From positions 52,979-116,978 of the forward strand of contig JALHMF010000004.1 of NCBI GenBank assembly GCA_022844205.1: DNA of 64,000 nucleotides, read 5' to 3'. This document shows, in pieces, positions 8,389 through 17,875 of this stretch. Position 1 is the first letter of the stretch, and each line of letters starts with the position of its first letter. The translations under genes and the position numbers were made by a program. This stretch comes from Xanthobacteraceae bacterium (lineage in GTDB: Bacteria > Pseudomonadota > Alphaproteobacteria > Rhizobiales > Xanthobacteraceae). Below the pieces are notes generated by a model. The model was not told where the DNA came from and ran no database searches. It saw only the letters and a program-made list of their open reading frames with translations.

Positions 8389-9696
8389 TTATTCCGCCGC
8401 GACACCGTAGGGCACGTTCTTCCGGCCGTAACGGCGCACCCGGATATTTGCCTGTTCGGCGTGACCGACAAAGCCTTCCAGCATGCATAGACGCGAGCAG
8501 TATTCGCCGATCATCGCCGATGCTTCATCCGTCAGCACGCGCTGGTAGGTGCAGGTCTTCAGGAATTTTCCCACCCACAATCCGCCCGTATAGCGCGCGG
8601 CTTTCTTGGTCGGCAGCGTGTGGTTGGTGCCGATCACCTTGTCGCCGAAACTCACATTCGTTCGCTGCCCCAAGAACAGCGCTCCGTAGTTGGTCATGTT
8701 ATTCAGGAAATAGTCCGGGTCCTTCGTCATCACCTGCACATGCTCGGAGGCGATCTCGTCGGCAACCTTCACCATCTCTTCATATGAGTCGCACACAATC
8801 ACTTCGCCGTAATCCTCCCACGCCTTTGAAGCGATGGAAGCGGTGGGCAGGATGCCAAGCAGCCGAGTGACTTCGGCCATGGTATCGCGGGCAAGTTTCT
8901 CAGAATTCGTGAGCAGCACGGCCGGCGAATTCGGCCCATGTTCCGCCTGTCCGAGCAGGTCCGTGGCGCAGATTTCGCCATCGGAGCTTTCGTCGGCGAT
9001 CACGAGCGTTTCGGTCGGCCCCGCGAACAGGTCGATGCCAACGCGGCCATAGAGCTGGCGTTTTGCTTCGGCGACAAATGCGTTGCCCGGACCCACCAGC
9101 ATATCGACGGCGGTCAGGGTTTCCGTACCCAGCGCCATGGCGCCGATCGCCTGTACGCCGCCAAGACAGTAGATCGTGTCGGCGCCCGCAAGGTGCTGTG
9201 CCGCGACAATCGCCGGCGCGGGCTTGCCGTTGAAGGGCGGGGCGCAGGTAATCACATTCTGCACGCCCGCGACTTTCGCGGTGATCACCGACATATGCGC
9301 GGAGGCGAGGAGGGGATATTTGCCGCCCGGCACATAGCAGCCGACGGAATTGACCGGGATGTTCTTGTGCCCGAGTACGATGCCAGGCAGCGTTTCCACT
9401 TCGAGGTCTTTCAGCGCGGCGCGCTGATGTTCCGCGAAATTCCGTACCTGTTTCTGCGCGAACTTGATGTCGTTGATGTCCCGGTTGGAAAGTTGCGCGA
9501 GGCAGTCCCTAATCTCGGCATCGGTGAGACGAAAATCCTTGCGGTCCCACTTGTCGAATTTTACCGACAATTCGCGCACGGCGGCATCGCCTCGCTTTTC
9601 GATATCGGTGAGAATTTCCTCGACGATGCGGCGGACATTCGCATCATCGTCGGCCTTCATGCTCGCCGATTTTCCGCGCTTGAGATACTGGGCCAT
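8389..9696 (-). CDS. histidinol dehydrogenase-family NAD-dependent dehydrogenase (HisD paralogue in a non-his context)
   Basis: 435 aa of full HisD length and layout, with [13 protein letters not shown] and [13 protein letters not shown] metal/substrate blocks. No other his genes are nearby. Confidence 0.8.
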   Translation of the reverse strand: MAQYLKRGKSASMKADDDANVRRIVEEILTDIEKRGDAAVRELSVKFDKWDRKDFRLTDAEIRDCLAQLSNRDINDIKFAQKQVRNFAEHQRAALKDLEVETLPGIVLGHKNIPVNSVGCYVPGGKYPLLASAHMSVITAKVAGVQNVITCAPPFNGKPAPAIVAAQHLAGADTIYCLGGVQAIGAMALGTETLTAVDMLVGPGNAFVAEAKRQLYGRVGIDLFAGPTETLVIADESSDGEICATDLLGQAEHGPNSPAVLLTNSEKLARDTMAEVTRLLGILPTASIASKAWEDYGEVIVCDSYEEMVKVADEIASEHVQVMTKDPDYFLNNMTNYGALFLGQRTNVSFGDKVIGTNHTLPTKKAARYTGGLWVGKFLKTCTYQRVLTDEASAMIGEYCSRLCMLEGFVGHAEQANIRVRRYGRKNVPYGVAAE

Positions 9697-9892
9697 AATT
9701 GTTTCCTTGTTGAACCGAATTCTGATGAAACGAGCCTGCTAACACAGTGGGAAATCGGTCAGACTTTCCGGTTTGTTTCCAATTGTCGGCATTTGCGCAG
9801 CCTATGCGTACGAATGACCCTTCACGGCATGCGGATTACGTTGCCTTTGCTTTGGCATGCGGTAGAAGCTGACGCGAAAGGGATACTGTCCG

Positions 9893-10561
9893 ATGGTACG
9901 GCTGAAGCGCGAAGATCGCGAACGCCACATTCTCGATGGCGCGGTCAAATTTTTCTCCGAGCGCGGATTTTCGGGCCAGACGCGCGAACTCGCGAAGAGT
10001 CTCGGCATCACGCAGCCGCTTCTCTATCGCTATTTTCCATCCAAGAAAGAATTGATCGATCGCGTTTACAAGGAGCTGTTCCTGAACCGATGGAATCCGG
10101 CTTGGGACGTTCTGATCACGAACCGGCAGATTCCGCTGCGTGACCGCATCCGGCAGTTTTATCTGGAATTCAGCGAGACGATTTTCTCCGAGGAATGGGT
10201 CCGGATGTTTATTTACTCCGGGCTCAATCAGGTGGAGTACAATCGGCAGACGCTGGAAAATCTTCAAAACGGAATTCTGCGGCGCATCTGCGTCGAACTC
10301 CGCCTGCATTGCGGGTACGACGAGGTAAGGGCGGACCGCATCACGGCTGTAGAACTCGAATACGCATGGGAACTGCATGGCGTCGCTTTCTACTATCACG
10401 TCCGAAAATACGTTTACCGAGTGCCGGTGGGTCAACCGATAGACGATCTCGTTTCCAACATGGCAGATGCGTTCCTCGCCGGTGCGCCGAACGTTCTCCA
10501 GCGTAGCATCGGGCCGGTTTTGTCGACCAAAAACGGTGCCCGCGCTTCTTCGAAGCAATAA
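9893..10561 (+). CDS. TetR/AcrR-family transcriptional regulator (paralogue 2)
   Basis: 222 aa with HTH block GQTRELAKSLGITQPLLYRYFPSKKELI. It is colinear with the regulator at 5197-5886 over its whole length. Confidence 0.85.
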   Translation: MVRLKREDRERHILDGAVKFFSERGFSGQTRELAKSLGITQPLLYRYFPSKKELIDRVYKELFLNRWNPAWDVLITNRQIPLRDRIRQFYLEFSETIFSEEWVRMFIYSGLNQVEYNRQTLENLQNGILRRICVELRLHCGYDEVRADRITAVELEYAWELHGVAFYYHVRKYVYRVPVGQPIDDLVSNMADAFLAGAPNVLQRSIGPVLSTKNGARASSKQ

Positions 10562-10589
10562 CGGCTGGCGACGAAGTCCGTCAAGAAAG

Positions 10590-10605
10590 ATTATCAAAAG
10601 ATAAT
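10590..10605. promoter_or_regulatory. perfect 6-4-6 inverted repeat ATTATCaaaaGATAAT; candidate operator
   Basis: First of three palindromes in the 302-bp AT-rich gap between TetR paralogue 2 and the second Mo-hydroxylase operon. Confidence 0.45.
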
Positions 10606-10708
10606 TTACGGAAATAAAAAAAGTTTGCGGGGCGTCACTTTTTTCTTTGCAGCGCACAAAGAAAATGGGTCAATCACGCTTCCCTTTTTTTGAAATTATA
10701 ATAGCAAG

Positions 10709-10719
10709 ATCAATATGAT
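10709..10719. promoter_or_regulatory. 4-3-4 inverted repeat ATCAataTGAT flanked by direct AGATCA repeats
   Basis: It lies in the same AT-rich gap. AGATCA occurs at 10707-10712 and again at 10721-10726. Confidence 0.35.
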
Positions 10720-10800
10720 AAGATCATTACGGGGTGCTCAGCCGCGCATCGCTAAAATCCCCTGCAGGCTCAAAAATTTTGATCGTCCGTACAGGGTCAC

Positions 10801-10839
10801 TTGACTCCACAAACCTGCCTATAGATTATCATTTGATAA
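10801..10839 (+). promoter_or_regulatory. putative sigma70-type promoter (TTGACT-17 nt-GATTAT) overlapped by a perfect 6-2-6 palindrome TTATCAttTGATAA (10826-10839)
   Basis: TTGACT is at 10801-10806 and GATTAT at 10824-10829. The palindrome overlaps the -10 element and lies about 25 nt upstream of the operon start at 10864. Confidence 0.45.
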
Positions 10840-10863
10840 AAATAAGAAACCGGGAGAGGTCGT

Positions 10864-11706
10864 TTGAAGGCCGCGCCGTTTCTATATGTGAAGCCGAAGT
10901 CCATCGATGAAGCCGTGGCCTTGAAAGAGCGTCACGGCGCCTCCGCGCGCTATCTGGCGGGCGGGCAAAGTCTGATGCCTGTGCTGAATTTCCGCCTCGA
11001 CCGTCCCGACCTGCTGATCGACATCAACGGCTTGAGCGAACTTCGTGGCGTTTCCAACTCCGGCAGCGGCGTGAAGATCGGCGCGCTGACGCGCCATGCT
11101 GAAGTCGCCAAATCCGAGATTGTAAAATCGCAGCTTGCTTTGCTGTCCGAGTGCATCCCGCACATCGCCCATCCGGCGATTCGCAGCGGGGGAACATTCG
11201 GCGGAAGCGTGGCGCTCGCCGATCCGGCGGCTGAATGGCCCGCCTGCTGTCTGGCGCTCGACGCCCGTATCGTCCTGCGTTCTTCGAAGGGAGAGCGCAG
11301 GGTCGAGGCGAAGGATTATTTCCTTGGCCTCTACGACACCGCTCGCACGGAAAATGAACTTCTGATTCGCGTCGAGTTTCCGGCGGTTGCCGCCGGAACG
11401 AAGGCCGTCGCGCTGGAGCTGGCGCGCCGCCGCGGCGATTTCGCAATCGCCGGCGTGCTGGCACAGGCAAAAAAAACCGGCGTCCGTCTTGAAAATGTCC
11501 GCGTGGTTTTCTTCGGCATCTCCGACCGGCCGGTTCGCCTGAGCGCGGTTGAGCAGGGAATCGCCGAAGGACAACCGATGGAAACAATCCATCAGGCGAT
11601 CGATGCCGGAATCAATCCGGACGACGACATCTATCAGTCGGGCGCCACCAAAACCCATCTTGCGAAAGTCTTGCTCGGCCGCGCCGTCGAGCAGTTGCGG
11701 CAGTAG
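10864..11706 (+). CDS. FAD-binding medium subunit of the Mo hydroxylase (copy 2)
   Basis: 280 aa from TTG 10864, preceded by GGGAGAGG. YLAGGQSLMPVLNFRL and RSGGTFGGSVA blocks are present. It is a paralogue of 4261-5097. Confidence 0.9.
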   Translation: MKAAPFLYVKPKSIDEAVALKERHGASARYLAGGQSLMPVLNFRLDRPDLLIDINGLSELRGVSNSGSGVKIGALTRHAEVAKSEIVKSQLALLSECIPHIAHPAIRSGGTFGGSVALADPAAEWPACCLALDARIVLRSSKGERRVEAKDYFLGLYDTARTENELLIRVEFPAVAAGTKAVALELARRRGDFAIAGVLAQAKKTGVRLENVRVVFFGISDRPVRLSAVEQGIAEGQPMETIHQAIDAGINPDDDIYQSGATKTHLAKVLLGRAVEQLRQ

Positions 11707-11715
11707 GAAAGTCCG

Positions 11716-12213
11716 ATGTCCGAGCAGATGCAGATCAGTTTCATCCTGAATGGCGAGCGCAAGCAGGTTCTTGTGCCGATGCGGCTCCACATCATCGATT
11801 TCCTCCGCGAGAAATATGAACTGTCGAGCCCGCGCGTCGGCTGCGAGCACGGCGTTTGCGGCGCATGCACGATCCGCGTCGACGGCGAACTTGCGCGCGG
11901 GTGCCTCATGCTGGCCGTCCAGGCCGACGGCAAAACCATCGAGACGTTGGAGCATCTGACGCAGACCGGCGAGATAAAAGATCTTCAGGAAAAATTTGTG
12001 GAGCGGAATGCGCTCCAGTGCGGCTATTGCACCTCTGGCATGTTGATCACCGCCGCCGACCTTCTGAAACAGGGCAAGCCGGCCTCGCGGGAGGCGATCC
12101 GGGATCATCTCTCGGGCAATTACTGCCGCTGCACCGGCTACGAGGCGATTGTCGATTCCATCGAGGCCGTCATGAAGAAGCGCGTCGAGAGCGGGAAGAG
12201 GGCAGCCCGATGA
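11716..12213 (+). CDS. (2Fe-2S)-binding small subunit of the Mo hydroxylase (copy 2)
   Basis: 165 aa with CEHGVCGACT and CGYCTSG blocks. The stop overlaps the start of the large subunit (ATGA at 12210-12213). Confidence 0.9.
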   Translation: MSEQMQISFILNGERKQVLVPMRLHIIDFLREKYELSSPRVGCEHGVCGACTIRVDGELARGCLMLAVQADGKTIETLEHLTQTGEIKDLQEKFVERNALQCGYCTSGMLITAADLLKQGKPASREAIRDHLSGNYCRCTGYEAIVDSIEAVMKKRVESGKRAAR

Positions 12214-14573
12214 ACGTTCAATCGAAGCCGGGCAAGGGCGGCTATATCGGACAAAGCATGCCGCGCCCGAATGCGGTTCGCCTCGTCGAGGGCCGCGCGC
12301 AGTATGTCGACGACGTGATGCTTCCGCGCATGCTGCACGTGGCGTATCTGCGCAGTCCCCACGCGCACGCGAAGATTCTCGCCATCCGCACCGATGCCGC
12401 AAAAAAGGCGCCGGGCGTCGTGCTGGTCGCGACTGGCAAGGATTTCGCAAACATTGAAAAATTTGCGGGCGTGCTTGCCCACTTCAAGGGCATGAAGTCG
12501 GCGCAGCAGAGCGTCATCGCCATCGACCGCGCCTGCTGGCAGGGCGAGCCCGTCGCAGCCGTGGTCGCGGAGTCGCGTCATCTGGCGGAAGATGCGTTGG
12601 AATTGATCGAAGTCGATTACCAGCCGTTGCCCGTCATGGTCGATATCGAACGCGGACTCGACGCCGATGCGTCGGTGATCCATGCCGAATTGAAGGACAA
12701 TCTTTGCTTCTCGCGCGACGTCGATGCTGGCGATTTCGACGCGGTGGCGGCGCGCGCCGATCACATCGTCGAGCAGACATTCCGCTTTCCCCGCCACACC
12801 GGTGTTTGCCTTGAGGGCCGTTCGGTTCTTGGCAACTGGATTAGCGCCGATAAACGGCTGACCGTTTATATTTCGCATCAAGCGCCAAACATGGTGCAGG
12901 ACTGTTTCGCGAAACTGTTGGGCCTGCCGGAATCCGCCGTGCGCGTGATTTGTGTCGATGTCGGCGGCTCGTTCGGCATCAAGACGCATGTGTACGGCGA
13001 CGAACTTGCGACCTGCGCCCTCTCGATGATGCTCGGACGTCCGGTGAAGTTCGTGGCGGATCGTCTGGAGTCGTTTGTCAGCGACATCCATTCCCGCGAT
13101 CATCTCGTCAAAGGCAAGATCGCGGTGACGAAGGAAGGCAAGCTGCTCGCCGTCAGTTTCGAGGACCGTCTGGCGGTCGGACCCTATTCCGTCTATCCGC
13201 GCGGCAGCGCCGTCGAGGGCAACCAGATCTGCAACATCACGGCGCAGTGGTACACGCTCGAAGCGTATCGCGCGCGGATGCAGACGGTGTTCACCAACAT
13301 GGCACCCTATTCGAATTATCGCGCCGTTGGCCATCCCGTGGCCGTTGGCATCGCGGAAGGGCTGGTCGATGCCGCCGCGCGCAAGATCGGCATGGACCCG
13401 ATCGAGATCCGCCGGAATAATCTCATTCCGGACCATGCGTTTCCGTTCCAGTCCGTCAGCGGCATGAAATTTGAAGTGATGTCACATCACCGCTGCCTCG
13501 ACGAATTGGTAAAGGCGATGAATTACGAGGCCCTTCGCAAGGAACAGGTGGAGCTTCGCAAGAAGGGACGCTACCGCGGCATCGGCATCGCGAGCATGAT
13601 CGAAATCACCAATCCATCCGCGATGTTCTACGGCATCGGCGGCGTGCGTGTGTCCGCGCAGGACGGCTGCACCGCGCGCATGGAGCCGTCCGGAAGCATC
13701 GTGATCCTGCACGGCTGCGGCGAGCAGGGGCAGGGCACCGAAACGATTTTTGCGCAGATCGCGGCCGACGCGATCGGCGTGCCGCTCGAAACTGTACGGC
13801 TTGTGACTGGCGACACCGAAGTCACGCCGTACGGCGGCGGCACTTGGGCCTCGCGCGGCGCCGGTGTCGGAGGCGAAGCGACATGGCAGGCGGCGCGCGC
13901 GCTGCGCCATAACATTCTGGAACTCGCGGCTCTCATAACGCAGACCGACATCGGCAAACTTACGATCGTAAACGGCAGCGTGGTCGATAGCGCTTCCGGT
14001 GAGGAAAAAATTACGCTCGCCGAATGCGGACGCATTGCCTATTTTCGTCCCGATACGCTCGACAGCTATCGCCCCGAGCTTTGCGTCACCCGGCATTTTG
14101 TCCCGAAACAGTTTCCCTTCTGCTTCACGAACGGCGTCATCGCCTGTCATCTGGAAGTGGATGTGAACACGGGCTTTATTGAACTCCAGAAATTCTGGGC
14201 GGTTGAGGATTGTGGCACGGTACTCAACCCGCAACTCGTTGATGAACAGATGCGCGGCGGTATTGTGCACGGGATCGGCCCCACGCTCTTCGAACACTGC
14301 ATCTACAATGAGAACGGGCAGCTCCAGAACGGCAACATGGCCGACTATCTCGTGCCGATGCCGTGTGAAATACCCGACATGGTCGTCTGTCACGTCAGCA
14401 CGCCAACCAAGGAAACGGAAATCGGCGCCAAGGGTGCGGGCGAGGCGGGCACCGCGGGCACGCCGGCTGCGATCATGAATGCACTTAATGACGCACTTCT
14501 GCCCTTCAACACGGTGCTGACGGATATGCCCTTCACGCCGGAGAAAGTTTTGAAGGGGTTGGGCAAGGTCTGA
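12210..14573 (+). CDS. molybdopterin-binding large subunit of the Mo hydroxylase (copy 2)
   Basis: 787 aa from the ATG at 12210 (MNVQSKPGKGGYIGQSMPRPNAVRLVEG). The 905-aa track ORF is an upstream over-extension running across the FeS gene in another frame. The active-site-equivalent loop reads NYRAVGHP. Confidence 0.9.
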   Translation: MNVQSKPGKGGYIGQSMPRPNAVRLVEGRAQYVDDVMLPRMLHVAYLRSPHAHAKILAIRTDAAKKAPGVVLVATGKDFANIEKFAGVLAHFKGMKSAQQSVIAIDRACWQGEPVAAVVAESRHLAEDALELIEVDYQPLPVMVDIERGLDADASVIHAELKDNLCFSRDVDAGDFDAVAARADHIVEQTFRFPRHTGVCLEGRSVLGNWISADKRLTVYISHQAPNMVQDCFAKLLGLPESAVRVICVDVGGSFGIKTHVYGDELATCALSMMLGRPVKFVADRLESFVSDIHSRDHLVKGKIAVTKEGKLLAVSFEDRLAVGPYSVYPRGSAVEGNQICNITAQWYTLEAYRARMQTVFTNMAPYSNYRAVGHPVAVGIAEGLVDAAARKIGMDPIEIRRNNLIPDHAFPFQSVSGMKFEVMSHHRCLDELVKAMNYEALRKEQVELRKKGRYRGIGIASMIEITNPSAMFYGIGGVRVSAQDGCTARMEPSGSIVILHGCGEQGQGTETIFAQIAADAIGVPLETVRLVTGDTEVTPYGGGTWASRGAGVGGEATWQAARALRHNILELAALITQTDIGKLTIVNGSVVDSASGEEKITLAECGRIAYFRPDTLDSYRPELCVTRHFVPKQFPFCFTNGVIACHLEVDVNTGFIELQKFWAVEDCGTVLNPQLVDEQMRGGIVHGIGPTLFEHCIYNENGQLQNGNMADYLVPMPCEIPDMVVCHVSTPTKETEIGAKGAGEAGTAGTPAAIMNALNDALLPFNTVLTDMPFTPEKVLKGLGKV

Positions 14574-14637
14574 AAAACGTTTTATCGTTCAAGCCAACCG
14601 TCGAGGGGCGAACCCTCGACACCAAGGGAGGATGCCA

Positions 14638-15900
14638 ATGAAGTCCGAGAAGAAAACAATCGCGGGTATCAGCCGCCGTAACCTGCTCGCTTCGGCCGCC
14701 GCCGTCGCGGCGCTGCCGGTGTTGCCGTCCATGCCGTACATCACGCGGGCTGCTGCGCAGGACACGGGTCCGATCAAGATCGGCTTCCCGGTTCCGCTCA
14801 CGGGCCCATTCGCCACCGAAGCGCAAGATCAGGTCCGCGCTGCCCAGCTTGCGGTCAAGGAATTCAACGACGCTGGCGGCGCCAATGGCCGTCAGTGCGA
14901 ATTGCTCGTTCGCGACGACAAGCTCAATCCGGGTGAAGCGGCGACGAGAACCCTCGAACTGATCGAGAAGGACAACGCGCACTTCATCTGCGGCACGCTG
15001 TCGGCGGCCGTGCAGCTTTCGGTCAATAACGTGACCAAGGCGCGTGGCGTGATTTATGTGTCGATCAGTCAGTCGGACAAGATCAGCGAGGCAAGCGATG
15101 CAAGCCCCGTGACGTTCCACGAAGCGGTAAACCCGCATCTGATGTCGAGCGCCGTCGCGCGCTACGCGGTCGGAAAGTTTGGCAAGAAGGCGGTCTGCCT
15201 CGTCTCTGACTACGCTTACGGCCACGAAAACCTGCGCGGCTTCCAGCGTGCCGGTCAGCCGCTCGGCCTGGAAATTCTCGCCGACCTTCGCCATCCGCTC
15301 GGCCAGACCGACTACTCGACCTTCCTGCCGCGCATCGCTGCGCTCAAGCCGGAGATCCTGTTCCTCGCTAACTTCGGCGCGGACTTGGTGAATTCGGTCA
15401 AGCAGGCGACCGATTTCGGCCTGAAAGATCGCATGAAGATCGTCTGCCCAACGCTGCTCTACACCTCGCGCATTGCGGGTGGTGACGAAGCATTCGAAGG
15501 CATCGCCGGTGCGGCTCCGTTCTATTGGGGCATCGAGGACAAGATCCCTTCGGCCAAGACTTTCAACGACAAGTTCAAAGCGGCTTACGGCGGCCGCTAT
15601 CCATCGGACTACGGCGCGATGGGCTACAGCGGCATCCGTCAGATTCTGGATGCGGTGAAGATCGCGAAGACCACGGAGACCAAGGCGGTTGCCGCGGCAA
15701 TTCGCGCATTGAAATACGACTACTACAAGGGCCCGCAGTACTATCGCGCCTGCGATCAGCAGTCGGTCCAGTCGGTCTTCGTGCTTGAATCGAAGACCAA
15801 GAACAAGCGCAACCAGTACGACGTATTCGACGTGGTCGTCACCGAAGCCCCGGACGAAAAGCGTCTTCGCACCTGCGAAGAGCTCGGCCACAAGACCTGA
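14638..15900 (+). CDS. periplasmic substrate-binding protein of a branched-chain-amino-acid-type (LivJ/LivK family) ABC importer
   Basis: About 420 aa. ATG 14638 sits 6 nt after GGGAGG, while ATG 14632 directly abuts the RBS. It has the Tat-like signal SRRNLLASAAAVAALPVL and a type-I periplasmic binding fold pattern (GPIKIGFPVPLTGPFA). Confidence 0.85.
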   Translation: MKSEKKTIAGISRRNLLASAAAVAALPVLPSMPYITRAAAQDTGPIKIGFPVPLTGPFATEAQDQVRAAQLAVKEFNDAGGANGRQCELLVRDDKLNPGEAATRTLELIEKDNAHFICGTLSAAVQLSVNNVTKARGVIYVSISQSDKISEASDASPVTFHEAVNPHLMSSAVARYAVGKFGKKAVCLVSDYAYGHENLRGFQRAGQPLGLEILADLRHPLGQTDYSTFLPRIAALKPEILFLANFGADLVNSVKQATDFGLKDRMKIVCPTLLYTSRIAGGDEAFEGIAGAAPFYWGIEDKIPSAKTFNDKFKAAYGGRYPSDYGAMGYSGIRQILDAVKIAKTTETKAVAAAIRALKYDYYKGPQYYRACDQQSVQSVFVLESKTKNKRNQYDVFDVVVTEAPDEKRLRTCEELGHKT

Positions 15901-15913
15901 TTCAAAAACAGCC

Positions 15914-15948
15914 ATGCCGGATGAGCGTTTGCTCATCCGGCATTTTCC
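15914..15948 (+). terminator. perfect 13-bp stem hairpin (atgccggatgagc-gttt-gctcatccggcat) followed by TTTCC; intra-operon attenuator or terminator after the binding-protein gene
   Basis: The stem arms at 15914-15926 and 15931-15943 are exact reverse complements. The hairpin lies in the 102-bp gap before the permease genes. Confidence 0.6.
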
Positions 15949-16002
15949 TACTCATGATGGCGGGCCGCGGGGTTTGCGGGCGGCAAGCGGGGTTACATCC
16001 AA

Positions 16003-16881
16003 ATGATTTCAATGGATCTGTTGCTGACTCAGCTTGCGACCGGACTCGCCCTCGGCTCGATCTACGTGATTGTCGGGCTTGGGCTCTCGCTTATTTTCGG
16101 AATGCTGCACGTCGTGAATTTCGCGCATGGCGCGTTCTTCATGGTCGGCGGATATGTCGGCGTCTTCGTTTTCGCCAAGACCGGCAATTTCTGGTTCAGC
16201 CTTGTCGCCGTGCCGCTGGTCGTCGGAGTGATCGGCATGGCGGTGGAACGCGTGCTGATCCGGCCGCTCTATGGCCGCAACATCGACGATCCGCTTCTGC
16301 TCACCTTCGGGCTTTCCTACATCTTTGTGGAAGTCATCCGGATCACCTTTGGCCTTGAAGGAATTCCCTTCGGCACGCCGCGCGAACTGCGCGGTGCTGT
16401 GGATATCGGCGTCGGCTTCATTCCGCTATACCGGATTTTCCTTGTTGCGCTGACCGCGGCCATTTTGATCGCGTTGTGGCTGTTCCTGGAAAAAACCTCC
16501 TACGGCCTCATCGTGCGCGCGGGCGCGCGCGATCCGGAAATCGTCCGCGTGCTCGGAATCGATATCTCCCGCGTATGGCTGTTCGTGTTCGGCTTGGGCA
16601 CCGGCATTGCGGGCCTGGCCGGTTTTCTTTCCGCGCCCATTCAATCCGTGAACCCCGACATGGGTGTTCCGGTGCTTGCCGAGGCTTTCGTTGTGACCGT
16701 GGTGGGCGGAATGGGCTCGCTGGTTGGCTCCGTCGTCGCGGGCCTGCTCGTCGGCGTTGTCGTCAGCATCACCTCGCTGTTCGCACCCGACATGGCGCGG
16801 GTCTCGATCTTTATCCTGATGGCGGTCGTGCTCCTGGTCCGCCCGCAGGGGCTGTTCGGCCGCAAGGGAGCGATGGGCTGA
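16003..16881 (+). CDS. ABC transporter permease, LivH type
   Basis: 292 aa and multi-spanning hydrophobic. The N-terminus LLTQLATGLALGSIYVIVGLGLSLIFGML is typical of LivH-family permeases. Confidence 0.9.
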   Translation: MISMDLLLTQLATGLALGSIYVIVGLGLSLIFGMLHVVNFAHGAFFMVGGYVGVFVFAKTGNFWFSLVAVPLVVGVIGMAVERVLIRPLYGRNIDDPLLLTFGLSYIFVEVIRITFGLEGIPFGTPRELRGAVDIGVGFIPLYRIFLVALTAAILIALWLFLEKTSYGLIVRAGARDPEIVRVLGIDISRVWLFVFGLGTGIAGLAGFLSAPIQSVNPDMGVPVLAEAFVVTVVGGMGSLVGSVVAGLLVGVVVSITSLFAPDMARVSIFILMAVVLLVRPQGLFGRKGAMG

Positions 16882-16882
16882 T

Positions 16883-17875
16883 ATGAGCATGCTTGCTTCC
16901 GAGCCGGTGAAAGTTGCCGAGGAAAGCGTGTTCCGCCGCGTGCTGCTGCTGATCGCGCGTCACCGCATGTTGTCGGTCACAGTCCTGCTGCTCGTGTTTC
17001 CGCTGTTCATGCCGTACACGTCGCTTGCCATTAACATTCTTGTTCTCGGACTCTATGCCGTCGGCTTCAACCTGATGTTCGGTTACGCCGGTGCGCTTTC
17101 CTTCGGTCACGCGGCGTTTCTCGGCATGGGAGCGTATGGCTGCGGCATCGCTTTTGTGAAATTCGGCATTCCGTGGCTGCCCTCGATCGGCATCGGTGTT
17201 CTGGTCGCAACGGCACTCGCCTTCGTGATGGGTTATCTTGCGATCCGTACCCGCGGCATCTACTTCGCGATGGTGACACTCGCCCTTTCGCAGCTTGTCT
17301 ATTACACCGTCTTCCAGGCCCGGACCTGGACCGGCGGCGATGACGGATTGCGCGGCGTCAATCTTGCAAAGATCAATCTCGTCGGCTTCGAATTCAACTT
17401 TCTCAACCCGACGGTGCGTTATTATGTGATCGGCGCGTTCGTACTGTTCGCGCTCTGGCTGCTTTCGCGCATTCTGGAATCCCCGTTCGGTGCGGTCCTT
17501 GAGGGCCTGCGAGAGAACGAGGCAAGGGCTCGCGCCTGCGGTTACGACGTCTCGCGCGCACGGCTGATCGCCTTCACGCTCTCCGGCATGTTTTGCGGGC
17601 TTGCGGGCGCGCTCTATGCGCTACACCTTTCCATCGTTCCAATCGAGACGCTGCACTACACGATGTCTGGCCTCGCGGTGATGATGGCGATTCTCGGCGG
17701 CATGGGCACTTTCTTTGGTCCGTTCGTAGGTGCTGCGACCATTCTCCTGATCGAGGACCTCGTCAGTCTCTGGACGGTCCACTGGCAATTGTTCGTGGGC
17801 GCGATCTTCATCGTTTTCGTTCTCTTCTTCCCCAAGGGCATTTGGGGGTCGTTGCTGGAACGGCTCCGCCTATGA
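16883..17875 (+). CDS. ABC transporter permease, LivM type
   Basis: 330 aa and hydrophobic, with the GYAGALSFGHAAFLGMGAY block of LivM-family permeases. It starts 1 nt after the LivH-type stop. Confidence 0.9.
   Translation: MSMLASEPVKVAEESVFRRVLLLIARHRMLSVTVLLLVFPLFMPYTSLAINILVLGLYAVGFNLMFGYAGALSFGHAAFLGMGAYGCGIAFVKFGIPWLPSIGIGVLVATALAFVMGYLAIRTRGIYFAMVTLALSQLVYYTVFQARTWTGGDDGLRGVNLAKINLVGFEFNFLNPTVRYYVIGAFVLFALWLLSRILESPFGAVLEGLRENEARARACGYDVSRARLIAFTLSGMFCGLAGALYALHLSIVPIETLHYTMSGLAVMMAILGGMGTFFGPFVGAATILLIEDLVSLWTVHWQLFVGAIFIVFVLFFPKGIWGSLLERLRL

Noticed and set aside
9836-10657. 273-aa ORF on the minus strand
   Set aside because: It is antisense to TetR paralogue 2, whose HTH motif and paralogy with 5197-5886 support the plus-strand gene.
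10882-12450. 522-aa ORF on the minus strand
   Set aside because: It runs antisense across the well-supported FAD, FeS and Mo subunit genes. Its translation is Arg/Ala/Gly/Pro-rich low complexity with no recognisable motif. This is a typical shadow ORF of high-GC DNA.
11856-14573. 905-aa ORF that would suggest a fused FeS-Mo subunit
   Set aside because: The first 118 residues lie in a different frame from the genuine 2Fe-2S gene and are Arg/Pro-rich. The homologous large-subunit sequence begins at the ATG at 12210, which overlaps the FeS stop as ATGA.
14533-15936. 467-aa ORF on the minus strand
   Set aside because: It is antisense to the Liv-type binding-protein gene, which has a signal peptide, an RBS and operon context.
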